A program made the translations under genes and the position numbers. A DNA stretch of 64,000 nt from Acidobacteriota bacterium (GTDB lineage Bacteria > Acidobacteriota > UBA890 > WLXD01), in the NCBI GenBank assembly GCA_965205505.1, contig CBDBHB010000008.1, positions 1 to 64,000 on the forward strand, given 5' to 3'. The notes beneath the pieces are model-generated. The model made no database searches. It was not told the DNA's origin and saw only the letters and a program-made list of their open reading frames with translations. This document shows positions 48,720-59,770 of this stretch, piece by piece. Every line of letters starts with the position of its first letter. Positions within the stretch are counted from its first letter, which is position 1.

Positions 48720-50483
48720 TCATCCGTCTACCCGGAACGCGAGCATCATGCCAGCGTGCAGATGCTCGGCGATGTGGCAGTGGAGCATCCAGTCGCCGGG
48801 GTTGGTAACGTCGACGAGAAGATCCATCGTCGAGGCAACCGGCACGATCGTGGTGTCCTTCCAGACCAGGTTCGGATTGGCCACGCCGTCCATCTCGAGC
48901 ACCAGATAGCGCTGTCCGTGAATGTGGATCGGATGGTTCATCGGGTGTAGGGGTTCCGGATCGTTGAAGATCCGGATCTTGACGACGTCGCCAACCTGGA
49001 AAGTCCACTCGATGTCCATGTTCTCGAGCCCGGTGGCGCGATCGCGCAAGATCCACCGGATCTCGTTACCGGTCGCCAGCCAGTTCATCATCGGCATGGT
49101 GTCGTTCCATTCCATGGGCGGGGAGTAGAGCCCCCTCTCGAACTCCATGGAGAGAATGATCGGCAGCGGCAACTCACCGACCTCGAGGCTGAGCTCTAGC
49201 TCATAGTCCGGGGAGCGCGAGAAGTGCGGGCGGAACGCTTCGATATCGGCCTGGACATCGCGGTTCTCACGCAAGATCGCGAACTCGGTGCTCAGATCGG
49301 GCTCGGCGCCGGCGTCGGCGACGTGCACCATCCCGAGATGGTCCACGTGCGGATAGAACTCGCCGCGAAAGTGGTTGATGGCCTGTACGGTGTTCTCGAT
49401 CGGCACGTCACCAGGCTCGCCGAAGCGCACCTCCACAACGTAGCGCTCAGCGGGCGCAATCGGCACGCTCGTCACCCATTCCTCGCGCTCGAACTTACCC
49501 AAGTCGGACGCCACGACCTTGATCGGCGCTCCCCCGAACGTGACATTGAACGTGCGTGAGTTGGCCACGTTTGTCAGGTAGAAACGGACCACTTCACCCC
49601 GCGCCACCTCGAGGCTGTAGTCGGTGCTGCCGTTGACCAGCATGACGTTGCCGAAGCGGCCCATCAGGGTGTGCGTTGGCTCCTCCTCGCCCCAAGGGAT
49701 GATGCCGTGCGCATCGATCAGGATGTCATCGAGAATAAGAAACTCCTCGCGATGCGCCGCACCGTAGTAGTCGGGATCGGCGGACACGGCCAGCAAGTTG
49801 CCGTACAGACCCAGATCCTGCTGGATGTCCTCGCGCAAGTGAGGGTGATACCAGAACACGCCCGCGTCGGCGAAGTACACCTCGTAGCGGAACGTCTGGC
49901 CTGTACGCACCGGAGCCTGGGTCAGGTCGGCGACACCGTCGAACCGGTTGTCGAGCCGGAGACCGTGCCAGTGCACGGTGGTTGGCATAGGGATCTCGTT
50001 GCGGAACAACACCGTAACGGTCGCCCCGGCTGGCGCTCTCAACATGGGCCCCGGGTACTGGCCATTGTAGCCGAACATCAGGTACTCCCGGCCGTTGATC
50101 TGGCGCCGCACGATCGACGCGGTGAGCTCGATCTCATCGCCGTCTGCCAGATCCATCAGCTCACGTGGACGCGCCACGGGAAAATCCGTCACATCGGCGC
50201 CATGCGCCGGGATGAAGGGCTTGACGCTCGGCGTCGCCGCCTCCAATCCAGGCATCATCGGCATGTTGGAGTCCATCGGCGGCATGCGCCACGCCAGCGC
50301 ATCCCCGGTCGGGGCCATGCCCTCCATCATGTGCTGCTGATGCGACATCTCCTGCTGTGGAGGAGTCGGTTTCGCGGCCTCGCCCTGCTGCGAAACAGCC
50401 GTGCCTCCGCCGCCCACGATCAACAAGGCCACGAGCGCCCAAGCGGCGCGGCGGCGCGGCGTCAATAGCCGTACGTAGTGCAT
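48720..50483 (-). CDS. Multicopper oxidase
   Basis: HWHG, WYHPH, HPIHIHG, HCHIAEHLHAGMM; export signal and Met/His-rich N-terminus. Confidence 0.95.
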   Translation of the reverse strand: MHYVRLLTPRRRAAWALVALLIVGGGGTAVSQQGEAAKPTPPQQEMSHQQHMMEGMAPTGDALAWRMPPMDSNMPMMPGLEAATPSVKPFIPAHGADVTDFPVARPRELMDLADGDEIELTASIVRRQINGREYLMFGYNGQYPGPMLRAPAGATVTVLFRNEIPMPTTVHWHGLRLDNRFDGVADLTQAPVRTGQTFRYEVYFADAGVFWYHPHLREDIQQDLGLYGNLLAVSADPDYYGAAHREEFLILDDILIDAHGIIPWGEEEPTHTLMGRFGNVMLVNGSTDYSLEVARGEVVRFYLTNVANSRTFNVTFGGAPIKVVASDLGKFEREEWVTSVPIAPAERYVVEVRFGEPGDVPIENTVQAINHFRGEFYPHVDHLGMVHVADAGAEPDLSTEFAILRENRDVQADIEAFRPHFSRSPDYELELSLEVGELPLPIILSMEFERGLYSPPMEWNDTMPMMNWLATGNEIRWILRDRATGLENMDIEWTFQVGDVVKIRIFNDPEPLHPMNHPIHIHGQRYLVLEMDGVANPNLVWKDTTIVPVASTMDLLVDVTNPGDWMLHCHIAEHLHAGMMLAFRVDG

Positions 50484-51067
50484 GGCTCGAGCTGGAACGG
50501 GCCGTGTCCCGCCATCGTATGCATGCGTCCAGACCGCGACATACCGCGAGCAACGATCGGCCCGCTCCAACGCGGTCTCGCCTCGTCATCCGGCTCCAAC
50601 GTGACCACCACCAGGAACTTGTTCCAGGTGGTCTGGCCACCGATGGCGCCGCCCGCATCCAGCCTTCCAAGTCGTTTGACCTGGTCCAACGAGGCGGTCG
50701 TCAACCACGCGATGTACACGCCTGTGGGCTGCGTGTTGAGTCCCTGCAACTGCAAGTCCACGTTGTAGATGTACTCCCCCGTTGAACCTACGGCGATCCC
50801 GAACGGGGACCGCGCGAAGCTGACGTTCCCAACGCCGCTGGCGCTGCGAGCGCCGGGAACACGTCGTGTCGACACGAGCTCGATGGCGTAGTAGGCAGGC
50901 GGCGCAGCGGGCTCGCCCAGCCACCGCGCGCTGCAGACGCCGGGAGCCACCACCAACGGCCTCGCCCAACCCTCGCCTGGTAATAGCATCGTCGACCCGA
51001 GGCTCATTACCAGCGCCGTCACCAGCAGGGGGCCTGCCACCAGACAGGGTGGGCGCGGACAACCCAT
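50462..51067 (-). CDS. Secreted uncharacterised protein with Met/His-rich C-terminus
   Basis: Overlaps both neighbours; signal-like N-terminus; VVTLEP...SGP; GMSRSGRMHTMAGHGP. Confidence 0.65.
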   Translation of the reverse strand: MGCPRPPCLVAGPLLVTALVMSLGSTMLLPGEGWARPLVVAPGVCSARWLGEPAAPPAYYAIELVSTRRVPGARSASGVGNVSFARSPFGIAVGSTGEYIYNVDLQLQGLNTQPTGVYIAWLTTASLDQVKRLGRLDAGGAIGGQTTWNKFLVVVTLEPDDEARPRWSGPIVARGMSRSGRMHTMAGHGPFQLEPCTTYGY

Positions 51068-52416
51068 CAGCGCTGCCCGCCGACCGTTTCGTCCCATTTT
51101 TGCGCGCTCGAGATGTCCGGCACGCCCCAGTCGGCGCCGTTCCAGCCCCCGAACCCTTCCATCCGGAAAGCCCAGAAGCCAGTGCTCATGTCAGAGCCCA
51201 CGATGAGGCCGTCGGCATTACGCACGTCGACGCCGAACAGACCGTTGAACATGGCCGATCGGTCCGAATTGGGCGGCCCCAGGTAGGTATCGTAGTAGGC
51301 CACGGTCACCGGGTTCTCCGGGTCCATTAGGCTGAATATCTGCAACCCGTCGAGGTAGCCGGACACAAAGACATACGGGTAGCGCACTTCATGGTTGTGC
51401 ACCAGGTTTCGCCAATCGGCGGTCCAGGCGCCCACCGGCGTACGGATGTTCTGCACCTCGCCGTCGAGCGCCGGCTTGAGGTCGAAGATGCGCAGCGGTG
51501 CGTACTGATACTCGGACTCGGCAATCACGTAGCGGCCGTCGGAGGTGGGGGTGAACGTGTGCCCGAAGCCCACCCCACTGATGCCGGTAAGCGATACCAC
51601 CAGCGCCGGGTTTTCCAGGTCTGTGATGTCGTAAATGTAGTAGCCGCCACTGCCGCCACCGTAGAAGCGATCGCTCTGTGTATCCTCGTGGAACCCGGCG
51701 TACATGTCGTGGTATCCACGGAACTGCGAGTCCGCTTCCATACCCACCGGGACCTTGGCTACTAGGGCTTCGTCCATGTGCCCTTCGACGACGTGTGCCA
51801 TGTCGTAGACGTGCGCGTACGGCCCGGAAACCGTGCTGAACAGCAACGGCCGACCGTTGGAATGCTTGTACATGAAGATGTTGTGAAACCCGCCGGGATG
51901 CTCGGGGGCGCGGATTCGCGCCACTTCCTTGACCTTCGATACGTCCGGCAGGTCGGTGACTTCGAGCACGACGGCCCCGAGATCGGCGTCGGGACCCCCT
52001 TGTCCGAACTGCAACGACTGCACGACGTAATAGCGACCGTCCCACTTGAAGTACTTCACATCCATTCCGCCGAGCGGTAGATGAAGATCCTGATCCTCGA
52101 TGCGCCAGCGATAGATCACTCTCGGATCCCGAGGATCGGACAGATCGATGATGTCCATCCCCTTCTCGCCCGCGAAGCCGTAGACCATCCGTCCGACGTA
52201 AGCGAAGGGGCGTGACACCTCCTGCTCGAGCTCGATATCAGACACGTTGAGCCGCGGTCCGAGCGGAAGATGCGACAACACTTCGATGTTGTCGCTACCC
52301 GGCTTGTGCGGCGTCCATTGCGGCGTGCCCTGGGTCTCTTCGACAGCGACTACTGCGGGGACGAGCGCCAGGGTCGTCATCACTGCCACGATAGCGCTCA
52401 GCGTGTGACGTCTCAT
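51067..52416 (-). CDS. Secreted LVIVD-repeat beta-propeller protein, paralogue 1
   Basis: Signal peptide; GMDIIDLSDP, VLEVTD, YIYDITD, LRIFDL, LQIFSL repeats. Confidence 0.8.
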   Translation of the reverse strand: MRRHTLSAIVAVMTTLALVPAVVAVEETQGTPQWTPHKPGSDNIEVLSHLPLGPRLNVSDIELEQEVSRPFAYVGRMVYGFAGEKGMDIIDLSDPRDPRVIYRWRIEDQDLHLPLGGMDVKYFKWDGRYYVVQSLQFGQGGPDADLGAVVLEVTDLPDVSKVKEVARIRAPEHPGGFHNIFMYKHSNGRPLLFSTVSGPYAHVYDMAHVVEGHMDEALVAKVPVGMEADSQFRGYHDMYAGFHEDTQSDRFYGGGSGGYYIYDITDLENPALVVSLTGISGVGFGHTFTPTSDGRYVIAESEYQYAPLRIFDLKPALDGEVQNIRTPVGAWTADWRNLVHNHEVRYPYVFVSGYLDGLQIFSLMDPENPVTVAYYDTYLGPPNSDRSAMFNGLFGVDVRNADGLIVGSDMSTGFWAFRMEGFGGWNGADWGVPDISSAQKWDETVGGQR

Positions 52417-52891
52417 TCAGTTGACCTCGGTTCGAAAATCGCACGGCTACTCCCAGCATTCTAGTCGCTGCCGCGCAAGGCGCGTAGCAACCTCCCCCGG
52501 CCGCGTGCGTTGTAGCACCTGATCCCCTTCAACGCCGACTTGGCCGCCTCGTGGGGCAGCTCGACGCGCTCTGTAGCGATCTTTGTTCAATGGCCTGATA
52601 CCCGCGTGAGTGCTTCGGGACGGATCAAAGAATGGCGGCGCCAGCGGCGGGCACTGTGTCGCGCTGGTGTAGCCGACCCTTCATTGCAGCCTGTCGGTTT
52701 GCAGCTGGCTGGAAGCGGGACCTCTGCTCTCGTGGCGGGGACTCGGCGCGATCCATGCCGCGTCTTCTGCGGCCACTCGGCAGGTCGGGATCGAGCCCCT
52801 CCCAGCTCCCGTAAGTCTCTATGTCGAACGCGAGGATCTCTTCCACACCCTCAGACTATCGGTAGGGTCCGTCAGGGTGGCTTCAGAAGAC

Positions 52892-54040
52892 CTACGCGTA
52901 CCAAAGCCACTGGAAGAACCTGGCGGTGCCGAGGTTACCCAGCAGCGCCAGGGGCCAAAACCACCTCGATCGCTCCTGGCGCAAACGCAGGTTGTAGGCG
53001 AAGGCGAGGGGAATCATGAGGCGCGTCGCCGCGCCTGGGTGGCCATCCCACACGGAGAACCCGAGGATCGAGAGCAAGAACATATAGGCTGCGCCAATGC
53101 GCCACCAGGGATCGTTCCACTCACGGCGAATCACGAGGTAGACGCCCTGCACCGTAAGGCCGATTAGCGCACAGAGGGTATGAAACTCGAATTGGTTCAC
53201 ATCGCCGTCGAAGAGCTGTCCCATGAGTTGCTTCCATTTGCCCGCGTAGCCGAAGAGCGGGAGGGCCACGTTCTGGTTGCCGGCGCCCGGGACGCTCCCC
53301 ATTGCCCAGGTCACGTAGACAATCCAGAGGAGCAGTGGCACGACAACGATCAGCCCTATTCCTACGCTGCGCATGAGCTCGCGCGGGGTCTTGCCCTTGG
53401 GCCAGGCCGGCGCCGCCGCGCCGAGGACGTTGGTCTCTCGACCCAGTCCCGCCAAGCCAAAGATCAACCCAGACAGGAGGCGCCGCTCCTCCTCGAGCGC
53501 AATGACACCGAGCATGATCAGCAGCATGCTCGGCAGTCCCAACAGAGCTCCGAGCGTCGAGCCGAGCACGGCTCCATTGAAGAGGCACGCGAACCAAAGA
53601 GCAAACGCCCTCCCGTCCCTCTTGGGGAACCAGCGAAAGAGGAGAATCCCGATCACTACCCAGCACAGAGCGTTCTGAAGGGAGAAGACCTGCAGCACCC
53701 AGTAGGGGCGACCGAGGCCCCCGAGGTAGGCGGTCCAGGAGAAGAGGATCCGACGCGCTCTGTAAGAAGGAGCGTCCAGCGAGTTCTGTAACTCGGGGTT
53801 GCGAAGGTTTGGATCGACGGCGAGGGTGGCGTACCACTGACTGTCGTAGCCCCAGCTGTTGGTCTCCTGGGCGTGAGGAACCGCGCGAATCGCCGGATGC
53901 CGCGTCTCAGCATACAAATCCCCGAATCGAATCAGGGAGGTGAACCCAGTCTTCGAGTCGTAGCGGGCTCCAAGCAACGACAGGAAGACCACCAAGCAGA
54001 CGACGTAGGGAATCCACTTGAGGAGTAGGCGTGGGTTCAT
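52892..54040 (-). CDS. Polytopic GT-C-like membrane protein (AZOBR_p60025-like)
   Basis: GYDSQWY..LAVDP...LDAPSYRARRIL, GRET, ~10 TM segments. Confidence 0.6.
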   Translation of the reverse strand: MNPRLLLKWIPYVVCLVVFLSLLGARYDSKTGFTSLIRFGDLYAETRHPAIRAVPHAQETNSWGYDSQWYATLAVDPNLRNPELQNSLDAPSYRARRILFSWTAYLGGLGRPYWVLQVFSLQNALCWVVIGILLFRWFPKRDGRAFALWFACLFNGAVLGSTLGALLGLPSMLLIMLGVIALEEERRLLSGLIFGLAGLGRETNVLGAAAPAWPKGKTPRELMRSVGIGLIVVVPLLLWIVYVTWAMGSVPGAGNQNVALPLFGYAGKWKQLMGQLFDGDVNQFEFHTLCALIGLTVQGVYLVIRREWNDPWWRIGAAYMFLLSILGFSVWDGHPGAATRLMIPLAFAYNLRLRQERSRWFWPLALLGNLGTARFFQWLWYA

Positions 54041-54311
54041 GAGCGAATCCCGCCTCGGAGCATGAGCGCAGACTCTAGTAGAGCGACCAGGGAGCAACAA
54101 CCAGCCGCGTGCCCTACCGATGCCCACCCCCGTGGTCGGTAGATGCCGTGGAGGTGTAGGTGGGGTATCGCCTACCCTCAACACGGCGTCTATTACACGT
54201 GTAAAGAGACAGTCTAGGGGTGTGGCTGACGCGGACGCGACACCGGTAGCGCCTCGCGCCAACCCCGAAAACACGCCGGTTTTGCTGGGACTCGTGTAGC
54301 ATCTGCACACC

Positions 54312-55439
54312 ATGGGCGTGGATTTCAGCGAACGGCAAGCGCGCACTATCGCGGCGGCGATCACCACCGTTTCAGCGCTGGTGATCTTGTTGGCCATCGG
54401 AGCCCTCGGATGGCTTGCAGCCTTGTTCCTGCGAGCGTTTTCCGGAGTCTTCCTGCCGCTCGCGGTTGGGGCGGTGGCGGCCCTGGTCTGCCGGCCGTAT
54501 TACGAATGGCTCCACGAGCGGTTGCGCCTACCCGCGGCAGCCGCCGTCCTGGTGGTCTTTCTGTCGGTGTTGGGACCGCTGACGGCGTTCGTCCTGTTCT
54601 TCGGCGCCATCCTCGTTGGTCAGCTGGTCAGCCTCACTGCCCTTCTTCCCGAATGGTGGGAATTGCTGCGGCTATGGGTGATGCAGCGGGTCCCAGAGGT
54701 AGCGGAGCTGATCGAGCGCAGCGGCGCTGGCGAGCGACTTCGTGGCACCGCTGAATCGCAGTTGTCGACAGTTCTGCAGGGCATCCAAAGCGTCGGGTTT
54801 CAGGCGCTCACCGCCGGCCTCGGCCTCGCCCGCGGCGTGGGGGCCTTGCTCGGATGGGCGGTAGTCCCGGTGTACTTTGCCTACTTTCTGACCTCCCGGG
54901 GAGTGCGCGTCGACGCCGACCGGCTTCTGCCCTTCCTCAAGTCCGAGACACGGCGCGACGTGATGTACCTGGGGCAGGAGTTCGTCGACATCAGCGTGGC
55001 GTTCTTTCGTGGCCAGCTGGTCATCGCGTTTCTTCAGGGCTTGATGTTCGCCGCTGGCTTCAGCCTCGTCGGCCTGCGTTACGGGTTCGTCATCGGCCTG
55101 CTGCTCGGCCTGTTGAACGTCATTCCGTACCTGGGGAGCATCATCGGGCTTGGCATCGCTCTGCCGTTGGCGTTGTTTCAGGAAGGCGGCGGTCTGGTGC
55201 CATGCGCATTGGTCCTGGCGGTCTTCGCGATAGTGCAGCAGATAGAGGGCTGGCTGCTGACACCCAAGATCATGGGCGACCGTACCGGTCTGCACTTCAT
55301 GGCCATCATCGTGGCGATCTTCTTCTGGGGCACTGCCCTCGGGGGTATCCTCGGCATGATCCTGGCGATTCCGCTGACCGCGTTCCTCGCATCGCTGTGG
55401 CGACTGGCGCGCGAGAAGTACATTCCGGAGATCCTCTAG
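54312..55439 (+). CDS. AI-2E family transporter
   Basis: [39 protein letters not shown]. Confidence 0.92.
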   Translation: MGVDFSERQARTIAAAITTVSALVILLAIGALGWLAALFLRAFSGVFLPLAVGAVAALVCRPYYEWLHERLRLPAAAAVLVVFLSVLGPLTAFVLFFGAILVGQLVSLTALLPEWWELLRLWVMQRVPEVAELIERSGAGERLRGTAESQLSTVLQGIQSVGFQALTAGLGLARGVGALLGWAVVPVYFAYFLTSRGVRVDADRLLPFLKSETRRDVMYLGQEFVDISVAFFRGQLVIAFLQGLMFAAGFSLVGLRYGFVIGLLLGLLNVIPYLGSIIGLGIALPLALFQEGGGLVPCALVLAVFAIVQQIEGWLLTPKIMGDRTGLHFMAIIVAIFFWGTALGGILGMILAIPLTAFLASLWRLAREKYIPEIL

Positions 55440-55509
55440 CGAATGGGCTTCAAATAGTGGCCCTGAGCTCCGCGCGCCGGGCTGCTGTGGGCCTCGGCGG
55501 AGACCGCGC

Positions 55510-57480
55510 TTGAGCTCGCCGCTCTGGACACCCTCACCAGAGCGAGCCCAGGCCGCTGAGATCACGGCGTTCATGAGTCTGGTGAACGAGCGCTTCGCAG
55601 CGCGAATCTCCACGTACGACGAGCTTTACGCTTGGTCGATCGAGAAGAAGGAAGAATTCTGGGCGGCGCTGTGGGATTTCTGCGGCGTTATCGCGAGTCA
55701 GCGGGGCGAGACATGTCTCGTGGACGGCGATCGAATGCCTGGAGCACGATTCTTTCCAGGGGCGCGCCTGAACTTCGCCGCCAACCTCCTGCGGCGGCGG
55801 GGTCCGGGAGACGCGATCATCTTCCGCGGTGAAGATCGCGTCTCACGGCGTTTGAGCTGGGACGACCTGCGAAACCAGGTAGCTGCCGTGGCTGCGACCC
55901 TACGCGATGCCGGAGTCGAGGCCGGCGATCGGGTGGCAGGCTTCATGCCCAACGTGCCGGAGTCGTTCGTGGCAATGCTGGCAACGGCCTCGCTCGGGGG
56001 CGTGTGGACTTCGTGCTCGCCCGACTTCGGCGTTCGCGGCGTTGTGGATCGCTTCGGGCAGATCGGGTCGAAGGTGCTCTTTTGTGCCGACGGCTATTTC
56101 TACAAAGGGCGGGAATTCGACTCGTTGGCGCGCGTCCGCAAGTTCCTGCCACAGCTTCCCAGCATCAAGCACGTGTTCGTGAGCCACTACGTCGGAACCG
56201 ATCCTGACCTGTGCGGGTTGGGCTCGGCGCAATGGCTCGATGACGCCATCGCCGATCACCGCGGCGCAAAGCTGTCCTTCGTCCCGGTCGGATTCAACGA
56301 TCCGCTTTACGTGCTGTATTCGTCGGGAACCACCGGACCGCCCAAGTGCATCCTCCACAGTGTGGGCGGCACGCTTCTCAAGCATCTCTCCGAGCACCGG
56401 CTCATGCTGGATGTACGCCCTGGCGACCGTGTATTCCACTTCACGACCTGCGGCTGGATGATGTGGAACTGGATGGCCTCGGCCCTGGCTTCGGAAGCGA
56501 CCCTGTTGGTGTACGACGGCGACCCATTTCACCCGCATCCCGAGGTACTCTTCGACTACATCGAACAGGAGCGAGGCACGCTGTTTGGTGTGTCCGCCAA
56601 GTACATCGATGCGCTGAGAAACGCCGGCGCCGATCCTGGCGAGCGCCACCGACTGCCGGAGCTACGCACGATCACCTCGACCGGATCGCCGCTGGTCGCG
56701 GAAGGGTTCGACTACGTGTACGAACACATCAAGAGCGACGTGTGCCTGTCGTCGATCAGCGGGGGTACCGATATCGTCGGTTGTTTTGTCGGCGGCAACC
56801 CCATCGGTGCCGTATGGCGCGGCGAGATCCAGGCACGCAGCCTCGGGATGTCCGTGCACGTGTTCGACGGTGATGGCCATCCGGTGCTCGAGCAGAAGGG
56901 CGAGCTCGTTTGCACCCAGCCCTTCCCTTCCATGCCGATCGGGTTCTGGGACGATGCCGACGGCTCTCGCTATCGTGCCGCTTACTTCGAGCGCTATCCG
57001 TGTGTCTGGCACCAGGGCGACTACGCCGAGATCACACCGCACAATGGGGTGGTGATCTATGGGCGATCCGACGCCACGCTCAATCCCGGCGGCGTACGGA
57101 TCGGAACGGCAGAGATCTACCGCGTGGTCGAGAGCATTGCCGCGGTCGAGGAAGCCCTGGTGGTGGGACAGGATTGGGAAGACGACGTTCGCGTGATCCT
57201 GTTTGTTCGGCTACGTGACGGACTGACGATCGACGAAGCCCTGGCCGACGACTTGCGTCAGCGGGTCCGCGCCAGTTGTTCGCCGCGCCATACACCGGCG
57301 GTCGTCCTCCAGGTGCAGGACATACCTCGCACCAAGAGCGGCAAGATCGTCGAGTTGGCGGTGCGGGATGTGATTCACGGCAGGCCGGTCAAGAACGTCG
57401 AGGCCCTCGCGAACCCCGAGGTCCTGGAGCAGTATGCCGATCGGCCGGAGCTATCGTACGCAGCTTGCCGTTCACAGTGA
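55510..57480 (+). CDS. Acetoacetate-CoA ligase
   Basis: [62 protein letters not shown]. Confidence 0.95.
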   Translation: MSSPLWTPSPERAQAAEITAFMSLVNERFAARISTYDELYAWSIEKKEEFWAALWDFCGVIASQRGETCLVDGDRMPGARFFPGARLNFAANLLRRRGPGDAIIFRGEDRVSRRLSWDDLRNQVAAVAATLRDAGVEAGDRVAGFMPNVPESFVAMLATASLGGVWTSCSPDFGVRGVVDRFGQIGSKVLFCADGYFYKGREFDSLARVRKFLPQLPSIKHVFVSHYVGTDPDLCGLGSAQWLDDAIADHRGAKLSFVPVGFNDPLYVLYSSGTTGPPKCILHSVGGTLLKHLSEHRLMLDVRPGDRVFHFTTCGWMMWNWMASALASEATLLVYDGDPFHPHPEVLFDYIEQERGTLFGVSAKYIDALRNAGADPGERHRLPELRTITSTGSPLVAEGFDYVYEHIKSDVCLSSISGGTDIVGCFVGGNPIGAVWRGEIQARSLGMSVHVFDGDGHPVLEQKGELVCTQPFPSMPIGFWDDADGSRYRAAYFERYPCVWHQGDYAEITPHNGVVIYGRSDATLNPGGVRIGTAEIYRVVESIAAVEEALVVGQDWEDDVRVILFVRLRDGLTIDEALADDLRQRVRASCSPRHTPAVVLQVQDIPRTKSGKIVELAVRDVIHGRPVKNVEALANPEVLEQYADRPELSYAACRSQ

Positions 57481-57572
57481 GCCGAACGGGAACGAGAAGC
57501 CGAGAATCAGCGTCAGGCGGCGGTAGCTCGGCCGCGGCGTTGATCACGCCGCCGGCTTGTTGTCGCAGCTGT

Positions 57573-59147
57573 TCAGTCGCCAAACTCCAGGCCCTGGGCC
57601 AGCGGCAGCTCGACGCTCCAGTTGATAGTGCTCGTTTGTCGCCGCATGTAGGCCTTCCAGGCGTCGGAGCCCGACTCACGACCACCACCGGTCTCCTTCT
57701 CGCCGCCGAAAGCGCCGCCGATCTCTGCACCGCTGGTGCCGATGTTGACGTTGGCAATGCCACAGTCGCTACCGCGGTGCGAGAGAAACAGCTCAATCTC
57801 GCGCACGTGGTCGCTGAAGATCGCCGAGGACAGGCCCTGCGGGACGTCATTGTGCAGCCTGATCGCCTCCGCAACTTCATCCACCGCCTGTGCGGGCGTC
57901 GCGTCGGCCGTGCCATACGAGATGATGTAGAGAATTGGCGCGAAGGTCTCTTCCTGAACGATGGCGAGCGAGTTCTCTACCACGGCAACGCATGGCGTGA
58001 CGTAGTGGCCGCCGGGATAACGGGCGCCTTCCAGCCGCTCGCCGCCACAGACGATCTCGCCGCCCGCATCGCGCACCTGTCGCAGCGCGCTCATCATGGC
58101 ATCGACAGCCCCCACCGTCACCAGCGGCCCCATCAACGTGACGCTGTCGCACGGATCGCCGATAGCGATGCTCTCGTAGGCGCCGCACAGCCGACGAACC
58201 AGCTCGTCATGTCTACTGGCATGAACTATGATGCGCCGCGTCGAGGTACAGCGCTGGCCGGCGGTGCCCACGGCGCCGAACAAGATCGCCGGCAGCGCCA
58301 GGTCCATGTTGGCGTTCGGCGTGACGATGATTGCGTTGTTGCCACCGAGCTCGAGGATCGTTCGCCCGAGGCGCTGGCCGACGGCCTCGGCCACCCTGTG
58401 GCCCATCGTGCAGCTGCCGGTGGCCGATACCAGTGAGACACGGCGATCGGCCAACAAGCGCTCACCAACCGTGCGCCCGGGTCCGACAACGAGCGAGAAG
58501 ACAGCCGGATCGACGCCGTTGCGTTGGCAAACCTCGGCGGCGATCTTGGTGCACGCAATGGCGGTGAGCGGCGTCTTGCTTGCCGGTTTCCACAACGAGG
58601 CATTGCCGCACACCGCCGAGATCGCGACGTTCCAGCTCCAGACCGCCACCGGGAAGTTGAAGGCGGTGATGATGCCTACCACGCCGAGCGGGTGCCACTG
58701 CTCGTACATCCGGTGATCGGGCCGCTCGGAGTGCATGGTCAGGCCGTAGAGCTGCCGCGAGAGCCCGGTGGCGAAGTCGCAGATGTCGATCATCTCCTGC
58801 ACCTCGCCCTCGCCTTCTGCCTGGATCTTCCCCATCTCCAGGGTCACGAGCCGTCCGAGATCCGTCTTAGCCAGACGTAGGCGCTCGCCGATCTGTCGAA
58901 CGATCTCGCCGCGGCGGGGGGCGGGCACCGAGCACCAACCCGCGAACGCCTCGTAGGCTCGCGCGGCCACGGTGTCGTACTCCTGTTCGGTGACCTGACG
59001 TACGCTGGCGAGCCTACTGCCGTCGATCGGCGTAGTGACGTCGAGGAGCGGTCCCGAACCGATCCAGTCACCGCAGAACCCTCCGGGATTCTCGCGGTCG
59101 ATTCCGAGCCTTCCCAACGCCTCGTCCATCAAGTGCACCCCGGTCAT
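57573..59147 (-). CDS. ALDH7-type aldehyde dehydrogenase (piperideine-6-carboxylate dehydrogenase-like)
   Basis: GEVQEMIDICDFA, AFNFPVAVW, LELGGNNA, GTAGQRCT, ETFAP, GGRESGSDAWK. Confidence 0.93.
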   Translation of the reverse strand: MTGVHLMDEALGRLGIDRENPGGFCGDWIGSGPLLDVTTPIDGSRLASVRQVTEQEYDTVAARAYEAFAGWCSVPAPRRGEIVRQIGERLRLAKTDLGRLVTLEMGKIQAEGEGEVQEMIDICDFATGLSRQLYGLTMHSERPDHRMYEQWHPLGVVGIITAFNFPVAVWSWNVAISAVCGNASLWKPASKTPLTAIACTKIAAEVCQRNGVDPAVFSLVVGPGRTVGERLLADRRVSLVSATGSCTMGHRVAEAVGQRLGRTILELGGNNAIIVTPNANMDLALPAILFGAVGTAGQRCTSTRRIIVHASRHDELVRRLCGAYESIAIGDPCDSVTLMGPLVTVGAVDAMMSALRQVRDAGGEIVCGGERLEGARYPGGHYVTPCVAVVENSLAIVQEETFAPILYIISYGTADATPAQAVDEVAEAIRLHNDVPQGLSSAIFSDHVREIELFLSHRGSDCGIANVNIGTSGAEIGGAFGGEKETGGGRESGSDAWKAYMRRQTSTINWSVELPLAQGLEFGD

Positions 59148-59341
59148 TGAAGGTCGCCCAAGTTGATCGCCGTAACTCTATGCCACGCTGCGCACGACGA
59201 AGAGCCACCAGACCGGCCTTCTACCAACGCCACCGCCGCCGTCACGCGGTGCCGGCAACCCGCGCCCTCCGGTTGTAGGACCACGAGCATACCTGTAACT
59301 TCCCGGCCGACCCCGTTCCCGCTCCCAACCAGGAGTCCCCT

Positions 59342-59656
59342 ATGTCGAACATCGGCAAGTACGCATTCCTTGGCGGCGCCGTCTTGGCGCTCGTCATGGC
59401 GTTCGTGAACGTACCCAACGGCGTCCTGATCCTCGCGGTTCTCGGCCTCGTCGTCGGGTTTCTCAACATCAGCGACTCCGAATCGCAGGGTTTCCTGATC
59501 GCAGCCATAGCCCTGATGATGACCGCCACCTCGGTCGCCGTTATCCCGGAGGTAGGCGGAATGATCACCAAAATCACCGGCAACCTGGCCGCCTTCGTGG
59601 CGCCGGCGGCACTCCTGGTGGCCCTGAAGTCGCTGATGGAGAGCTCCAAAGACTAG
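59342..59656 (+). CDS. Small 4-TM membrane protein of unknown function
   Basis: AGGAG RBS, own terminator; LGLVVGFLNI...FLIAAIAL...FVAPAALLVALK. Confidence 0.8.
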   Translation: MSNIGKYAFLGGAVLALVMAFVNVPNGVLILAVLGLVVGFLNISDSESQGFLIAAIALMMTATSVAVIPEVGGMITKITGNLAAFVAPAALLVALKSLMESSKD

Positions 59657-59676
59657 CGTTCCGTAGACGGGTCATC

Positions 59677-59712
59677 GCGGCCTCCGGGCTTTCTCGGAGG
59701 CCGCTTCGCTTT
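59677..59712 (+). terminator. Rho-independent terminator
   Basis: GCGGCCTCCGGG-CTTT-CTCGGAGGCCGC then TTCGCTTT. Confidence 0.7.
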
Positions 59713-59770
59713 GTGATGGCGCCGCCACGGCCTGCTAGGCTGAGAGACTGCCAATACAATACGGCTCGCT

